NCBI RefSeq assembly: GCF_963921235.1
Contig: NC_086108.1
Span: 33,358,001 to 33,422,000 of the forward strand
Origin: Mobula hypostoma
Taxonomy: Eukaryota
DNA: 64,000 nt
Direction of reading: 5' to 3'
The translations under genes were made by a program, and so were the position numbers. The notes under the pieces were generated by a model. The model was not told the origin of the DNA and did no database searches. It saw only the letters and a list, made by a program, of their open reading frames with translations. Shown in pieces: positions 37,323 to 49,940 of the stretch; the first letter of the stretch is position 1; every line of letters starts with the position of its first letter.

Positions 37323-40300
37323 TGTTGTGTATTTAATATTTCAGAAATATTTGAGAAATCTTGTAAGTATATTGTTTCAATGAGCATTCTTTGTTCTGTA
37401 TACAATTAATTATGGTTATATGTAAAAACAAATGAATTTCATATGTCGTGATGACACCACGTGATATGTACACACCTCATTTAAAGTAAAGAACTAACTA
37501 AGCTCGCATCCCTCGGCTCTCTGTTCCCCTTTAAATTAGTTTAATGTTGGAAGATACAGTAGGGATGAGGTATTTTAAAAATGAACCCGAAATGGCTACT
37601 GACCTGTTGAAGTGCAGCAAGATATTCAAGTTAAAAGAAAAGCACAGAAAAGAACAGTCAATGAAAAAAAAAACAGTGCTGCGTGTGCAGAGGGAGTTGA
37701 GTTAAAAAAAAAAGGTAAAACGTGGAAGAATTGGTGGGTTCATCAAGGGTGAGTACTAGGTGATAATAATCATGCAAATAATTCAGAAATGGCTGGTTAC
37801 ATCGGAAAGATTGACATGTTCATTTGCTCCACAGATAACTGGCTCATGTATAGTGAGCTAATTGAACAGTATATTGAAGGAAATGAAATAGCCAATGAGA
37901 AACAAGTACCAATTTTGCTGAATGCATTAGGTTTAAAGACATACAGTTTACTTCGACGTTTAACTGCTTCAACCAAACCAGCCAAAGTGATCTTTGCTGA
38001 TACTGTGATAGTAACGTAGGAATATTTAAATTCAAAACTATTGTTAATTGCTTAATGGCTTTCGGTTTCATAAGCAGAATTAAAAAGGAGAGACTATTTC
38101 AGCATATGTGGCTGAATTGAAGAAATTGTCTGAGCATTGTCAGTTCAGTGATGGGCTTAATAATGCATTGAGAGATCGTTTAGTTTGTGAAATCTTACAA
38201 GAAAGCAATCCAAAATGGGTCCTAACTGAAGTGCAACTTACATTTAAAAGAGCAGTTGTAATTGCTGTATCAATGGAAAGAACAGACAGAGACGCAAATG
38301 AGTGGAAGTTAGGACTGAAAGTGAGTGTAAACAGAATTACAACATCTAAACAGAAACCAGCCTGGCTGAAGAAATCAGGTTATCACTGCGGCAGGGGCTC
38401 ACTTTCACCAGATCACTGCAGATTTAAAGGTGAAACTTACAGAAAATGCAACAAGGTAGGACACATTCAAAGAGTATGATGGGCAGACTAAAATAAATAG
38501 ATTGTGCAAGAAAGGGAAAAAACTAAAACGTCATGTTACAGTTTCAAAAAGAACACTAATCCACATGCTGTTGAAGAAAAATCTGATTAATAATGAGAGT
38601 AACAAAGGACTGGCTAGCCTTGAGATTTCCAGTGTGAAAACTAACAATAGACAAGCAATACAGTTTATTTCTGAAGTGAACAGCAAATTACTTAAAATGG
38701 AATTGGACACTGCTTTGGCCATTTCAGTCATTTCACAAAATGAGTCTGATCGGTTCTTCAAAGATTCTGAACTGAAAAGGAAAGGTATGTTGCATCTGGA
38801 GTTTCTCTGGTTACGGACGATTTCCCTCCACACCTCTCTGACGTAGTGGGGAACCGTGTATGAGGCAAGTTACAGCAGTGGTTTGCCATTGCCTTCTGCC
38901 AGGTGAATTTCCAAAGAGATCACCAGCTCATAACCCAGCACGGATGGAAAGCGTGCAGGGGAGCCAGCTGGATTCGAACTCAGGACCTTTCATCCCAAAG
39001 TCTGGCACTGATGCCACTACGCCACCAGCCAGGTCACTGAACTGAAGCCTGTGGCTATCCAACTAACTAGTTATATTGGACAAAAGATAACTTCTCTGGG
39101 AATGACATTCATAACAGTGAAATACAACAACTAACAAGCCACATTAAGTTTATATGTGGTAAAAACAGAGGACCAGCATTGTGGTCGCATGATTGGCTGA
39201 GACAACCACAACTTGATTGGAGATCCGTACACCAATTGCTTGCCAATCCCATGCAATGAAGCCAACTGAAATCGAATTAAGAAAGATGCTGTATGATGCC
39301 ACACAAGCGCTCAAGGATGCCATTATAAAACTCAAATATATCAAAGGTAAAATAGTCTTAAATGAAAATGTCACATTCAAGTTTTCAATGTCATCCGCAA
39401 TAAAGTGAGTTAGATCACATGGAGGCTGCAGGAATTCTTTCCAAGCTTGAGTGGAATGCATGGGCAATGCCAGTGGTCCCAGTAGCCAAGAAGAATGGAT
39501 CTGCCAGGATCTGTTGTGGTTTGAAGGTTACCATTAGCCTGGTACTGAAAGTACATCAATACCCTCTTCCCACGATAGAGGAGATCTTTGCAAACCGTTC
39601 TGGAGGGAAGTACTTCAGCAAAGTGGACCTAGCAGAGGCCTACATACAGATGGAGATGGGAGAAGAGTCCAAAGTGTTTCACACCATGAACACTCTCAAA
39701 GGGCTTTATCACTGTAATACACTTATTTTTGGAGTATTATCTGAATCTTCACTTTGGCAGAAAGCTATAGACCAGCTGCTACAAAGCTATCTAGGCAGTC
39801 AATGTGACCTGGATGATATCATGGTTACCGGTAACGATGATAAGGAACGTTGTCAACACCTCAAGACAGTGTTAAAAAGAGTAGAAGATTGTGGGCTCAG
39901 AGCACTATGTGACAAGTGTGAAATCTTTAAACCAAGCATCACTTACTGTGGTCACATTATTAACGCGCAAGAATTACACAAGTGTGCTGAGAAAATTCAA
40001 GCAGTGGTGGATGCCCCAAGGCAAATGGATGTGTCACAGTTGCAGTCCCTTTCAGGATTTGTCAACTACTGTAACAGGTACTTGCCAAACTTGGCTACAG
40101 TGCTCCACCCCTTGAACTCATTACTGCAGATTGGGAAGAAATGGCAATGAACAAAGCAGTACGATGTGGCTGTCGAAAGCTAAAGAAAATGGCGATGTCA
40201 GGCACTATAGTCACACGTTATGATTCACATGTCCAGTGTAGCTTGACTGTGATGCCTCACCTTATGGTATTAGTCGAGTCATGGCATACGTGCAGTCATG

Positions 40301-42314
40301 AGTGATGGAAGTGAATGCCCCAAAGCCTTTGCATGACATTTCCTTACAGTTGCAGAGAAGAATTACACACAGACTGACAGAGAGGCCTTGAGTCTCGTTT
40401 GGGGTGTTAAATGTTTTAACTAGGACTTGCATGGGAGAGAGTTTACCCTCATTACTGATCATCAACTAATAGTGTCCATTTTCAATCCACAGAAGGTGTT
40501 CCCCTAAGAGCAGTAGCCCGAATGCAGAGATGTGCTCTTTTTGTCGGAGGACACAATTACAAGATTAAATTCAAGAAGGTGAGAGGCCTAATCATGGAAA
40601 TGCTGATGGATTGTCCCACTAACCCCTGGAAAAGAAAAGAATGGAAAAATTTACCAAAAAAAAATTCCTCTTGACGTATTTTCCCTTATGCAAGTTGGAA
40701 GTCCCTCTGCTAGGGCAGAGATGATCCAGTAGGAAACTAGAAGAGATTCCACACTGCCTCAGGTCTACATGGCCACCCAGAATGGCTGAAATGTGCAGCA
40801 GAAACTCCAGTTCCCTCATTTTCATCAGCAACGAGATGAACGTGCCTATGATGGGACTGCCTTATGTGGGGACTGAGACTCGTTACACCATCCAAGCTGA
40901 GAGGTAAGGTGCTGGAGGAGCAACCTGCTGGTCATCTAAGCACGTCTAAATTGAAGACATTGGCTCAAAGCTTGCCATGCACAGTTCAGGATACCAGCAC
41001 ATCCAGAAGCTGCCAAGAGCAGTACCATTCCATCCCCGGGAATGGCCCACATTGCCCTGGCAGAGGATTCATGTGGATTTTGCCGGACCATTCATGGGCA
41101 CAAATTACTGGATGCAGCTACAAAGTGGCCAGTAGTACTCCCAATACCTCCACTACAACCTCACACACTGTTCGTGTGTTGACAAGCCTTTTCACATGCA
41201 CTGATGTTCCAGAATACTTAATCAGTGACAATAGGCCACTGTCTGTGACGGAACAGTTTCAGGCATTCCTAAAAATGAATGGGATAAGACATATTACATC
41301 TGCACTACGTCACCCAGCTACAAATGACTTGGCAGAAAGTCTTTCCTGAGTCTAAAGAATGCCCTGTGAGATATGTCAGTACCGGCACTGAATCAAAAGC
41401 CCACCAATTTCCTCCTTGCATATTGCAATGCAGAACACTCCATAACCAACAACTCACCAGCTCTGCTGTTCCCGGCCCATTCCTTGCATTCATGCTTGGA
41501 TTCTTCAAACTCAGTCTCTAAAGGAGGACGCAGGACAGGACATACAGCCGAGATAAGTTGAAGTCTCCTCTACAAGAAGGTTTGATGTTTCACTCCTGGG
41601 TAAGCAGTCCTGGTGAGGGACTACTGAGGTGATCATAAGTGGGGGCTCGGAAAGATTAAGGACAGAATTGGACCACACCTCTACACAGTGGAGATTGCAT
41701 CTGATATCACTTGGAGGCAGCACATTGATCAGTTGAGGAAAGAGTCGATCATTAGAGAAGAAAGATGGCTACCGCTGTCAGAATCACTTACTGCAGTCTC
41801 TTAGTCAACTCCTACAACCACCACGGAGGAGGCCCCAAAATGTGAGATTGCTTCACAGCCACAACTCTCAGTGGCTAAGCAGAGTAATATCCTTGTCAGG
41901 AAAGGCAATATCCCACAAAAGTAAGAAATTAAATCTTTAGGGCTGAATGGAACAATTTAGAATTTACTATGCTGTGGATGTCTGTATAGTGGTGGTAATG
42001 TATAGAGTATTGTGTATATGGTTGAGATGCATTCTATATTGAGGTCAAGTTTATAACTAAGCAGGGAGGTGTGTTGTGTATTAAATATTTCAGTAATATT
42101 TGAATAATCTTGTAAATAGTTTGCTGGATTCAGCATTATTTGTTGTTTACATCATTCATTATGGTCACATGTCAAAGTATATGAATTAAATACATCATGA
42201 CATTACCAGGTGACCTGTGGACATCTTGCTTAAAGTAAAGAACAAACTAAACCTTGCACCTCTCAGCTCTCTTGTTTCACTTTGAATTAGTTTAAGTTTT
42301 AAAGTTACAAAACA
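37323..42314 (+). mobile_element. Degraded full-length Ty3/Gypsy (Mag-like) LTR retrotransposon in a CCDC190 intron, antisense to the gene
   Basis: LTRs of about 240 bp at 37323-37558 and 42072-42314, with a PPT before 42072. gag 37789-38479 (LRDRLVC, two decayed zinc knuckles), protease MELDTALAISV, RT 39419-40150, integrase near 41000-41450. Confidence 0.88.
38777..39036 (-). mobile_element. tRNA-derived SINE inserted in the Gypsy protease
   Basis: A box tggcgtagtgg and B box gagttcgaatcc on minus. 10-bp TSD ctgaactgaa at 38767-38776 and 39037-39046. Confidence 0.82.
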
Positions 42315-42749
42315 TGATAGTGCTCCATCTGACAACCACACAAATCCAGCAGCAATCCAATTCCAGACATGCAAATTTTCCTCTAGGATCATGCAGCAGC
42401 TGCAATTATTTTGCATGTCTAGAGTACAAACAATAGAAACTGCAGCTGCTTTTCCCATTGGTTAGCTGGTTGGTGTCCAGTTTCAAACATCCTGGGTATA
42501 TAGAGAGCATATGTGGGAGGTTTCTTCTCTCTTCCTTTGTTTAAGGCAAGCGGTGCACATGACCATTGGGAAGGTATGCTCTGTGTGTGCTTTTAACTAT
42601 GTATGTTTGTTGAATGTGTGTTTGATAAATATTCAACTTTGCAGTTTCTGTAACTTGGGAAGCATGAATGTTTGTTCAAATTTTTACTGTTTGTAAATAA
42701 ATTATTAATATATTTATTCACAGTCAGTGTTTTCTGTCTCACTTGCCAG

Positions 42750-43037
42750 ACACCATTCTCTGTAAACTCTAGACACTGTTGTGCATGAAAATCCCAGGAG
42801 ATCAGTAGTTCCTGGGATACTCAAACCACCCCATCTGGCACAAACAATCATTCCATGGTCAAAATCACTTAGATTACATTTCTCCCCCTTTCTAATGTTT
42901 GGTCTGAACAACAAATGAACCCTATGGACATGTCTGTTTGCTTTTATGCATTGAGTTGCTGCCACATGATTGGCTGATTAGATATTTGCATTAACGAGCA
43001 GGTGTACATGTGTACCTAATAAAGTGGCCACTGAGTG
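42750..43037 (-). mobile_element. Tc1/mariner 5' fragment
   Basis: TIR cactcagtggccactttattaggtacac next to TA. Transposase N-terminus LSDFDHGMIVCARWGGLSI..LLGFSCTTVSRVYREW. Confidence 0.75.
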
Positions 43038-43599
43038 TAGTTCCCATGTAAGGAGGAACATGCAGAGAGATGATTAAAACTGCAACGATCTTGGAATTAC
43101 ATATATTTGAGGAGATTAGCGTAAAAGAAGCAGGACATTTCATTTCTAAGGTGCCTTTTATTATCATAGAATTAGCTTAATGTGCTGTGTCAGACAGGAA
43201 GCCTGTGGTAGGGTGATAGTGTGATAATTGTTTGATGAAGAATCAATAATCAGTGGCAAATACTGAGACCTAGTGTAAAAACTGGGGCAGACTAGAAAGC
43301 TTATCTTCCCAGCAACATGCCATTCAGGAAAGAAGAGAAAGGAAAAGAGGTTAGAGAGACAGCAGTATTAATCAAAGAAACTACTGCAGCACTGGGAAGG
43401 GATGCTGCAATTACTAGATTCTGTTTGGTTAGGAATCTTGCAGGAACTCTTACGCTGCAGGGTCTCTATGTAAGACCACAGTGGGAAGAAGTGCAAAAAT
43501 AGTTGGCAAAATTGACAAGTAGAGACTCAGTTTTATAAAGTTACTCACAAAAAAAGAAAGCCAGCAACTTCTAGGGAGATAGGATGAAAGAGAGTATTG

Positions 43600-44360
43600 A
43601 ACCGCAGCAGGTCAGATAGTGCCGATGAAAATGAATAAACAGTTGACATTTTGGGCTGAAACCCTTCTTCAGGTCTGGAAAGGAATAGGGAAGATTCCAG
43701 AATAAAAATGTGGTGGGAGGGGAAGGAGGTGAGCTACAGAGTGATAGGTGGAGCCCGGGAGGTGGGGGGCGGAGTTGGGGGGAGAAGGTAAAGGGCTGGA
43801 GAGGAAGGACTCAAATAGGAGAGGAGAGTGGACCATGAGCAAAAGGGAAGGAGCAGGGGACCCAGGGGGAAGTGATAGGTAGGTGAGAAGAGGTAAAAGG
43901 CCAGAGTGGGGAATTGAAGATGGGAGAGAAAGTATTTTTTTACCAGAAGGAGAAGACAATATTCACCTTCCAGTTAAAAGCCTCCAATCTGATGGCATGA
44001 ATATCAATTTCTCCATCTGGTAAAAAAAAATTCCAGCCTCCTTCCCTCTTCTATTCCCCACTCAGGCCTCTTACCTCTGACCTACCTGCCTATCATCTTT
44101 CCCCAGTGCCTCTCCTCTTTCACTTTCTCTTGTGGTCCACTCTCCTCTCCTATCTGATTCCTGGCTTCACCTATTACTGTCTAGCTAACCTCCTTTCCCT
44201 CCACCCCTCCCACCATTTTATTCTGACATCTTCACCCATTCCTTTCCAATCCTGACATATCAACTGTTTATTCAATTCCGCAGATGCTGCCTGACCCGCA
44301 GAGTTTCTCCAGCATTGTTGTATGTGTTGCTTTGGATGTCCAGCATCTGCAGAATTTCTC
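43600..44360. repeat. Penelope-derived inverted pair (fold-back)
   Basis: 43600-43965 is approximately the reverse complement of 44000-44300. Degenerate hammerhead motif at about 43640-43675 on minus. Confidence 0.65.
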
Positions 44361-44689
44361 GAGTTTAAATACTGAACCTCGTTTAAATCCAATATTCTTT
44401 AAGTAGTATGCATTCCTGGTTGCTTTATTCTAAAAAAAATGGTGAGAAGATATCGGAGAAGTTGAAAAGTAGAATGCTGATACCAGAACTAGAAACATGG
44501 ACTTGTTAGGCTGAGCTGCCTTTGTTTGCTCTGCATTGTACATAGTTCTATGTAAGTCCATGTAATAGAACCTCATTTGTCTAATGAAAGAAGTTTGAGC
44601 AAGCTAGGGCTTTTCCCTTTGGAGTGAAGGAGGATGAGAGGTGACTTTATAGAGGTATATAAAATTATAAAAGGCATAGATTAAAGAGA

Positions 44690-45005
44690 TTTTTAAAGAT
44701 TAGCTTTATTCGTCACATGTCCATTGAAACATACAGTGAACTGCACCCTTTGTGTCAAATCAAATCATGGAGGATTGTGCTGGGCAGCCAGCAAGTGTCA
44801 CCATGCTTCCAGTGCCAATATAGCATGCCCACAACTCACCGTACATCTTTGGAAAGTGGGAGGAAACCAGAGCACCCGGAGGAAACCCTTGTAGTCACGG
44901 GGAGAGTGCACAAACTCCTTGCAGGCAGTAGTGAGAATTGAACCCCGATCAGTGATCGCTGGTGCTTTAAAGCAATGCACTGACACTATGCTACATGCTG
45001 CCACA
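44690..45005 (-). mobile_element. tRNA-derived SINE within a CR1 remnant
   Basis: B-box-like ggggttcaattc and the core gtttcctccgggtgctctggtttcctcccac. Related copies near 32820-32980, 50540-50690 and 54330-54480. Confidence 0.6.
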
Positions 45006-45189
45006 CCTTGAATATCAATAGAGTGGACAGCCAGTACCTTGTCCCAGGACAGCAAAGGTGATAACTAGAGGGCTTCCTTTTAATCTGAGTGGAGGAAAGT
45101 TCAGAGAAGATGTCAGCGGTAGGTTCTTTACACAGAGTGGTATATGCCTGTAATGCACTGCCAGGTTGTTGGTGGGGCCTGATATATTC

Positions 45190-45568
45190 TTTCTTTCATT
45201 ATGTGCTGTGTCGTATGACGTAGGCAATCTTGGTCTTTCCACGACAATGATTGATTTTGGCAAATTTTTCTGCTGAGGTGGTTTGCCATTGCCTTCTACT
45301 GGGCAGTGTCTTTACTAGACAGGTGACCCCAGCCATTATCAATACTCTCCAGGGATTGTCTGCCTGGCATCAGTGGTCGCATAACCAGGACTTGTGATAT
45401 GCACTGGCTGCTCTAAGACCATCCACCACCTCCTCTCATGGCTTCATGTGACCCTAATCGGAGGTCTAAGCAGGTACTGCACCTTCCCCAGTGGTGGCCT
45501 GCAGGCTAGCAGAGGGTCGGAACACCTTACACCTCCTTTGTTAGAGATGTATCTCCACCGCACCACCC
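45190..45568 (-). repeat. Dispersed SINE-like repeat (second copy at about 51875-52250)
   Basis: Clear end-to-end similarity between the two copies, e.g. tgtcgtatgacgt..., ggtttgccattgccttctactgg and ccaggacttgtgatatgca. Confidence 0.65.
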
Positions 45569-47119
45569 TCTGACAGATTTGGGGCACTCTTAGATAGCCA
45601 TATGGATGAAAGAAAACTGGAGGAGTGTAGGCTATGCAAGGGGGAAGGGTTAGAGTGATTCTAGAGCAGAGCAAAGGGTTGGCACAGCTTTGTAAGCCAT
45701 AGGGCCCATACTGTGCTCTATATTTCTATGTGCTATGCTTCTGTAACTACAAGATATGGTAATGGGGAAATTTAATCATCCTAATTAGGAACAATAGCAG
45801 TTTAGTAACAAAAAGGGAATGGAACTCCTGGAAGAAGGAACTCATATTCGATGTGGTTATGTGAAATGAAATGGAACAAATTTTAATGAGAGATCACTTA
45901 GGGGACATTGATCATTATATATTTAAATGCAGCATATAATTGTGGAAACATGCAAAGAACTGTCCAGTACTGTATACGATAAGTTAACAGGGTGAGGTTA
46001 ACTTCAGGGGATCAGAAAAGGATCTGTCTCTGGCTTTAGGCAAATTGTTATCAAAAATAGGAGGTTTCCAAAAATGTTGATTAGATACAAAAACTACATA
46101 TTTAAATTTTTTGTTGAGGACGTAGCTTGTTTAACTCGTGAGAGACATGAGGGAAATGCATCCAAAATTAAAGTTTCTTGAATGATGTAATTGGGAATAA
46201 GAATGGGAAAAGGAGGCTCCTGACAATATTAAGATTCATACTCAAAGAGACAACTTGAAAATAAAAAGTACAAATTACCTCTGCAAATGGAATAACGATA
46301 GTGGCAATGAGAGAATAGTTTGGTGGCAAACATGAAAAGCAACATAAAAGACTTTCCTTAAACAAACAGCAAGAATATGGTTATAGTGCAGATAAAGGAA
46401 AAACAGAACTGATCAGAGATCAAAGAGGAGACATGGAGGCCAAGGACAAAGCAAAGGTACCCCAGTATTACCCTGAATTGTATCTGCACAGGGACAGAAA
46501 ACAATTCAAAGTTACAGTTAAAATGAAGAGCTGGTAGTGAAACTTCCTCAGCGTCTCGGTCCAAAACATCGACTGTACTCTTCCATAGCTGCTGACTGGC
46601 TCGCTGGGTTCCTCCAGCATTTTGTGTGTGCTGCTTGGATTTCCAGCATCTGCAGACTTTCTCTTGTTTGGTAGTGAAACTGGATTGAATATGAACTGAT
46701 AAAATGTGGCTATTCTCAAAGTAGAAAAGTCAACTTGTCTACACTAATGTATCCCATGTCACTGAATCTGGAAAGTATAGAGGGTTTGGCTGAAACCAAG
46801 AAACATAGAAAATAGAAGCAGGCATCCCATATGCTAATATATCAATACCTTACTCCCTCTCTCTACCCATATTTCTTGATGTGTTTCTGTCTAGAAATGT
46901 ATCTATTTTAATTCATTCTTTAAAACATCCAGAAAAATGAGAATGGTTCTAGAAACTGGAGCATGGCAATTTATAGATGGAAAGATGGATAAACCTGACA
47001 ACTACAGGCCAATCAGCATAACAAAGCTCTTTTTTAATCTATTTATTTGCACTCCTGAACATCACTGCCATGGCCAGTAACTACTGTTCATCCCTTAATT
47101 TTCCATGAATGAATTAGCC

Positions 47120-47290
47120 TACCACTTTGTAGAGATCTGTTTTTACTTTGACACAAAAGAGTCTTCTTCTGTTGATCAGTGTCAAAAAGAGCCAAATTAA
47201 ATCAACTGTGATTCAATGTTGTAAAACAATAAAACATGAAAACTTCCGGGGGGGGGGGGGGATGTGGTGAATGCTTTTTCTAGGCACTGT
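47120..47290. mobile_element. Tc1-like transposon terminal fragment
   Basis: Ends in ...gtgaatgctttttctaggcactg followed by TA, a typical Tc1 TIR end. Confidence 0.5.
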
Positions 47291-48122
47291 AGATAGGCAC
47301 GAAAGTCAGCATTGACACGATGGGCCGAAGAGCAATTGTTATATACTTTTCAACTCTAATAGTCTAATAAAATGGTTAAGTTTATGTTTAATAGGTTAGT
47401 TGGCCACTGTCAGTTGCCTATAATGTGCAGCTGAGTGGTAGAATCTGCGGGAAATTGATGGGAATGTAGGAAAAATAAACTGGGATTATTGTAGAATTAG
47501 GTGTTTGATGACTTGGACTTGGAGAGCTGAAGGGCCTGTTTTGGTTCAGTATGATTCTCTGACACTAAATATGTGAAAACAAGCATACAGGACAAAACAA
47601 ATTGCTATTTGGTTAGGTAGTAACTAATAAATGTATGTCAGCATGGATTTCATGAAAACAATCCCGCCAAGCAAGTTTTCTAATCACCCTAATGAGTGAC
47701 GGTACCAGTGGCCATTTCAGATGTGTGACCATCAAGGCCTGGGGCAATAATAAATGGGCACTGGAAATGTTTCACCTGTGAACAAACCCTTGTCCACGAG
47801 ATGGGTGGGAGATGGAGCAATCAAGGCGTGGAGACCAGTGTGCAATCAGTGGGTGGCCAGCGGAAGCAGCCATCTAGACCCAGTGTGGTCCACGCTCATA
47901 TTTACTCATGGTGGACCAACCCTGTCATTGTCAACCTTAACCGACATGTGTGGAAATGTCAGTCCCAGTTTCCACATCAGATGAGCGGAATATACAGGCT
48001 GAAGAATCCCTTTGGCTAAGTACCTAAAAATCCTTAGGTCTGAAACTAAAACAAATCCTGCTAACATTATTGAATTACAGGTTCAAAATGTTGAGCGCAA
48101 AATCAGGTAAATATTTTGCTAC

Positions 48123-48276
48123 CTGATTCTTTCTGATGCCAAGATGAAGCTTCTGTCCTTTGCAGGTGGTTTGACGAGTGAAACTTTGTTGCCGAAGTCA
48201 GGGCTTTCCTTAACTGCAGTGTTAGTATCTGGGCGTAGCTTTCCGAAACAGCTTACTGCCTTCTTCTTAGAATACC
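48123..48276 (-). CDS. CCDC190: CCDC190 middle coding exon (not in the ORF track)
   Basis: Acceptor ttttccccAG and donor GTagca. 154 nt, phase 1 to phase 2, open frame (G)YSKKKAVSCFGKLRPDTNTAVKESPDFGNKVSLVKPPAKDRSFILASERI(R). Joins both neighbouring exons in frame. Confidence 0.85.
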
Positions 48277-49744
48277 CTGGGGAAAATCCAACAAGTTATG
48301 AACAGATAGGGAATAATCACCAGATGACAGGCTCACAACCTTGCATCCTGTCCTCAGATTCACTTGGATCATATGTTGACGCCTTTCTCCCTTCCCTGGA
48401 TCTCTCTGACTCTATCACAGGTGATAAACATCTGGAGCTGTTTACTATAAACCTACTACTTCCTACAGCTACCTTACCAAACACAGATGCTGCTCAACCC
48501 TCTGGGTTCCTCCAGTAGTCTTTTAGTTGCTCCAGGAAGTAGAAACATTCCATGGACTGTGCTGAAAGAATCTCAGGTGAAGTTGGGAGAGACTTGGACA
48601 TTTCAGCAGACCCTTGTTTGTCATACGTATAAGAAACGTAGGACTGGTAGTGACCGCAGTAAACGGAACCAATAGCTGAAATGGCTTAAGGAAGAGGAAG
48701 CATAAGATGGTCTGGTCAGTCAATGCAAGGGTATGGAAAGGGGACACCTAATGAGGGATGTACAGGACACTGATCTCCAGGGTCGAAACCTCTCTGAGGT
48801 GCTAAGGGGCTGCAATTTTTGTTAAAGGAACGTACAGTAATAAGTAGTAGCTCTAGCACAGTATTTCAATATCCATTATAAAAAAGTGGAACACAGGTTG
48901 AAAGTAAAATGAAAATTTAGAACTGATATCAGAATGCACTTGTTGACACATTAGTGAGCAATGCCTGGCACAACGCCAGTCACAGACCCACTAAGTAAAC
49001 AATTAAACAGTGTAGTGGAGAAAGATTTTGCTCGGCATTCCTTCGGTTTAATTACCTTGCTATCTGAACGATACACCCACTGGGCAAGCAGTGGGATGTG
49101 GCAACAATCAGGCCATTTCACATACTCTTGAATTATTTCAGAGCAGTGGTGTATAACTTACATATCGTTCAGGGGTTAGCTGCATGATGTAATGGGAACT
49201 CCAGATTGCTGAGGGAAGGTATTCCACTTGGTTTCCAAATCTTATAGTTCAGTAATGATTAAGGCTTGATTAGAATCACCTGAAGGTTGTAAAATAAATT
49301 CCTGTACTAGCAACTTCCAAATTATACATGTACAGTTTAAGTTTTAAAAAAATATGGGGAAGAAGTGGTTAAATGCGAGCATGATCTGGCTTTCAAATTT
49401 CTGGAATCTTCAGGATGCAATGTGTCAATAGTAAAGGAAGAGAATGCTGGACACACTCAGCAGGCCAGGCAGCATCTGTGGAGAGAGTAGAACAGTTATC
49501 TGTCTCCCAGCTGCAGAGTCTGAGAGTGCACACGAAATGGAACAAAGAGGTGTAGAGAATGTAACAGAAGGGAAATTAAAGGAAGAGTGGTGTTATATCT
49601 TTGTAAGATAAAAACAGTAAGACAGTTGGCATGTGGTTGTTTAACTTTGCCACTAGAAATGAACCAGAGTGAACTGTCTCTGCCCAGTGGCAACTTCAGG
49701 ACATCCAATGTGTGAATTTCTCTATCTTAGCAAGGGCAACCTAC

Positions 49745-49940
49745 CATTTTTTATCGTGATAAGATCTCTCTGGACACGTTGCTGTTCCTTCATCATTCTG
49801 TTGATACAATAAAACCTCGCCTCCTCCAAGTCGTGAAGTCCATTCCTGAGTCTAGTTTCTGCACGCTTGGATTCACGCCTCTCTGTCTCCAGCCACTTCG
49901 CTACGTCTCCCTCCAAAGCGTGCGACTTAAGGCGTTGCAT
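49745..49940 (-). CDS. CCDC190: CCDC190 first coding exon
   Basis: MQRLKSHALEGDVAKWLETERRESKRAETRLRNGLHDLEEARFYCINRMMKEQQRVQRDL resembles the CCDC190 N-terminal coiled coil (ERKNAKQAEARL..EQRQLQKEL, recalled). Donor G|GTaggt at 49744, phase 1. Confidence 0.9.

Noticed and set aside
38940..39036. tRNA-like A and B boxes suggesting a tRNA gene
   Set aside because: Head of a TSD-flanked SINE; no complete cloverleaf seen.
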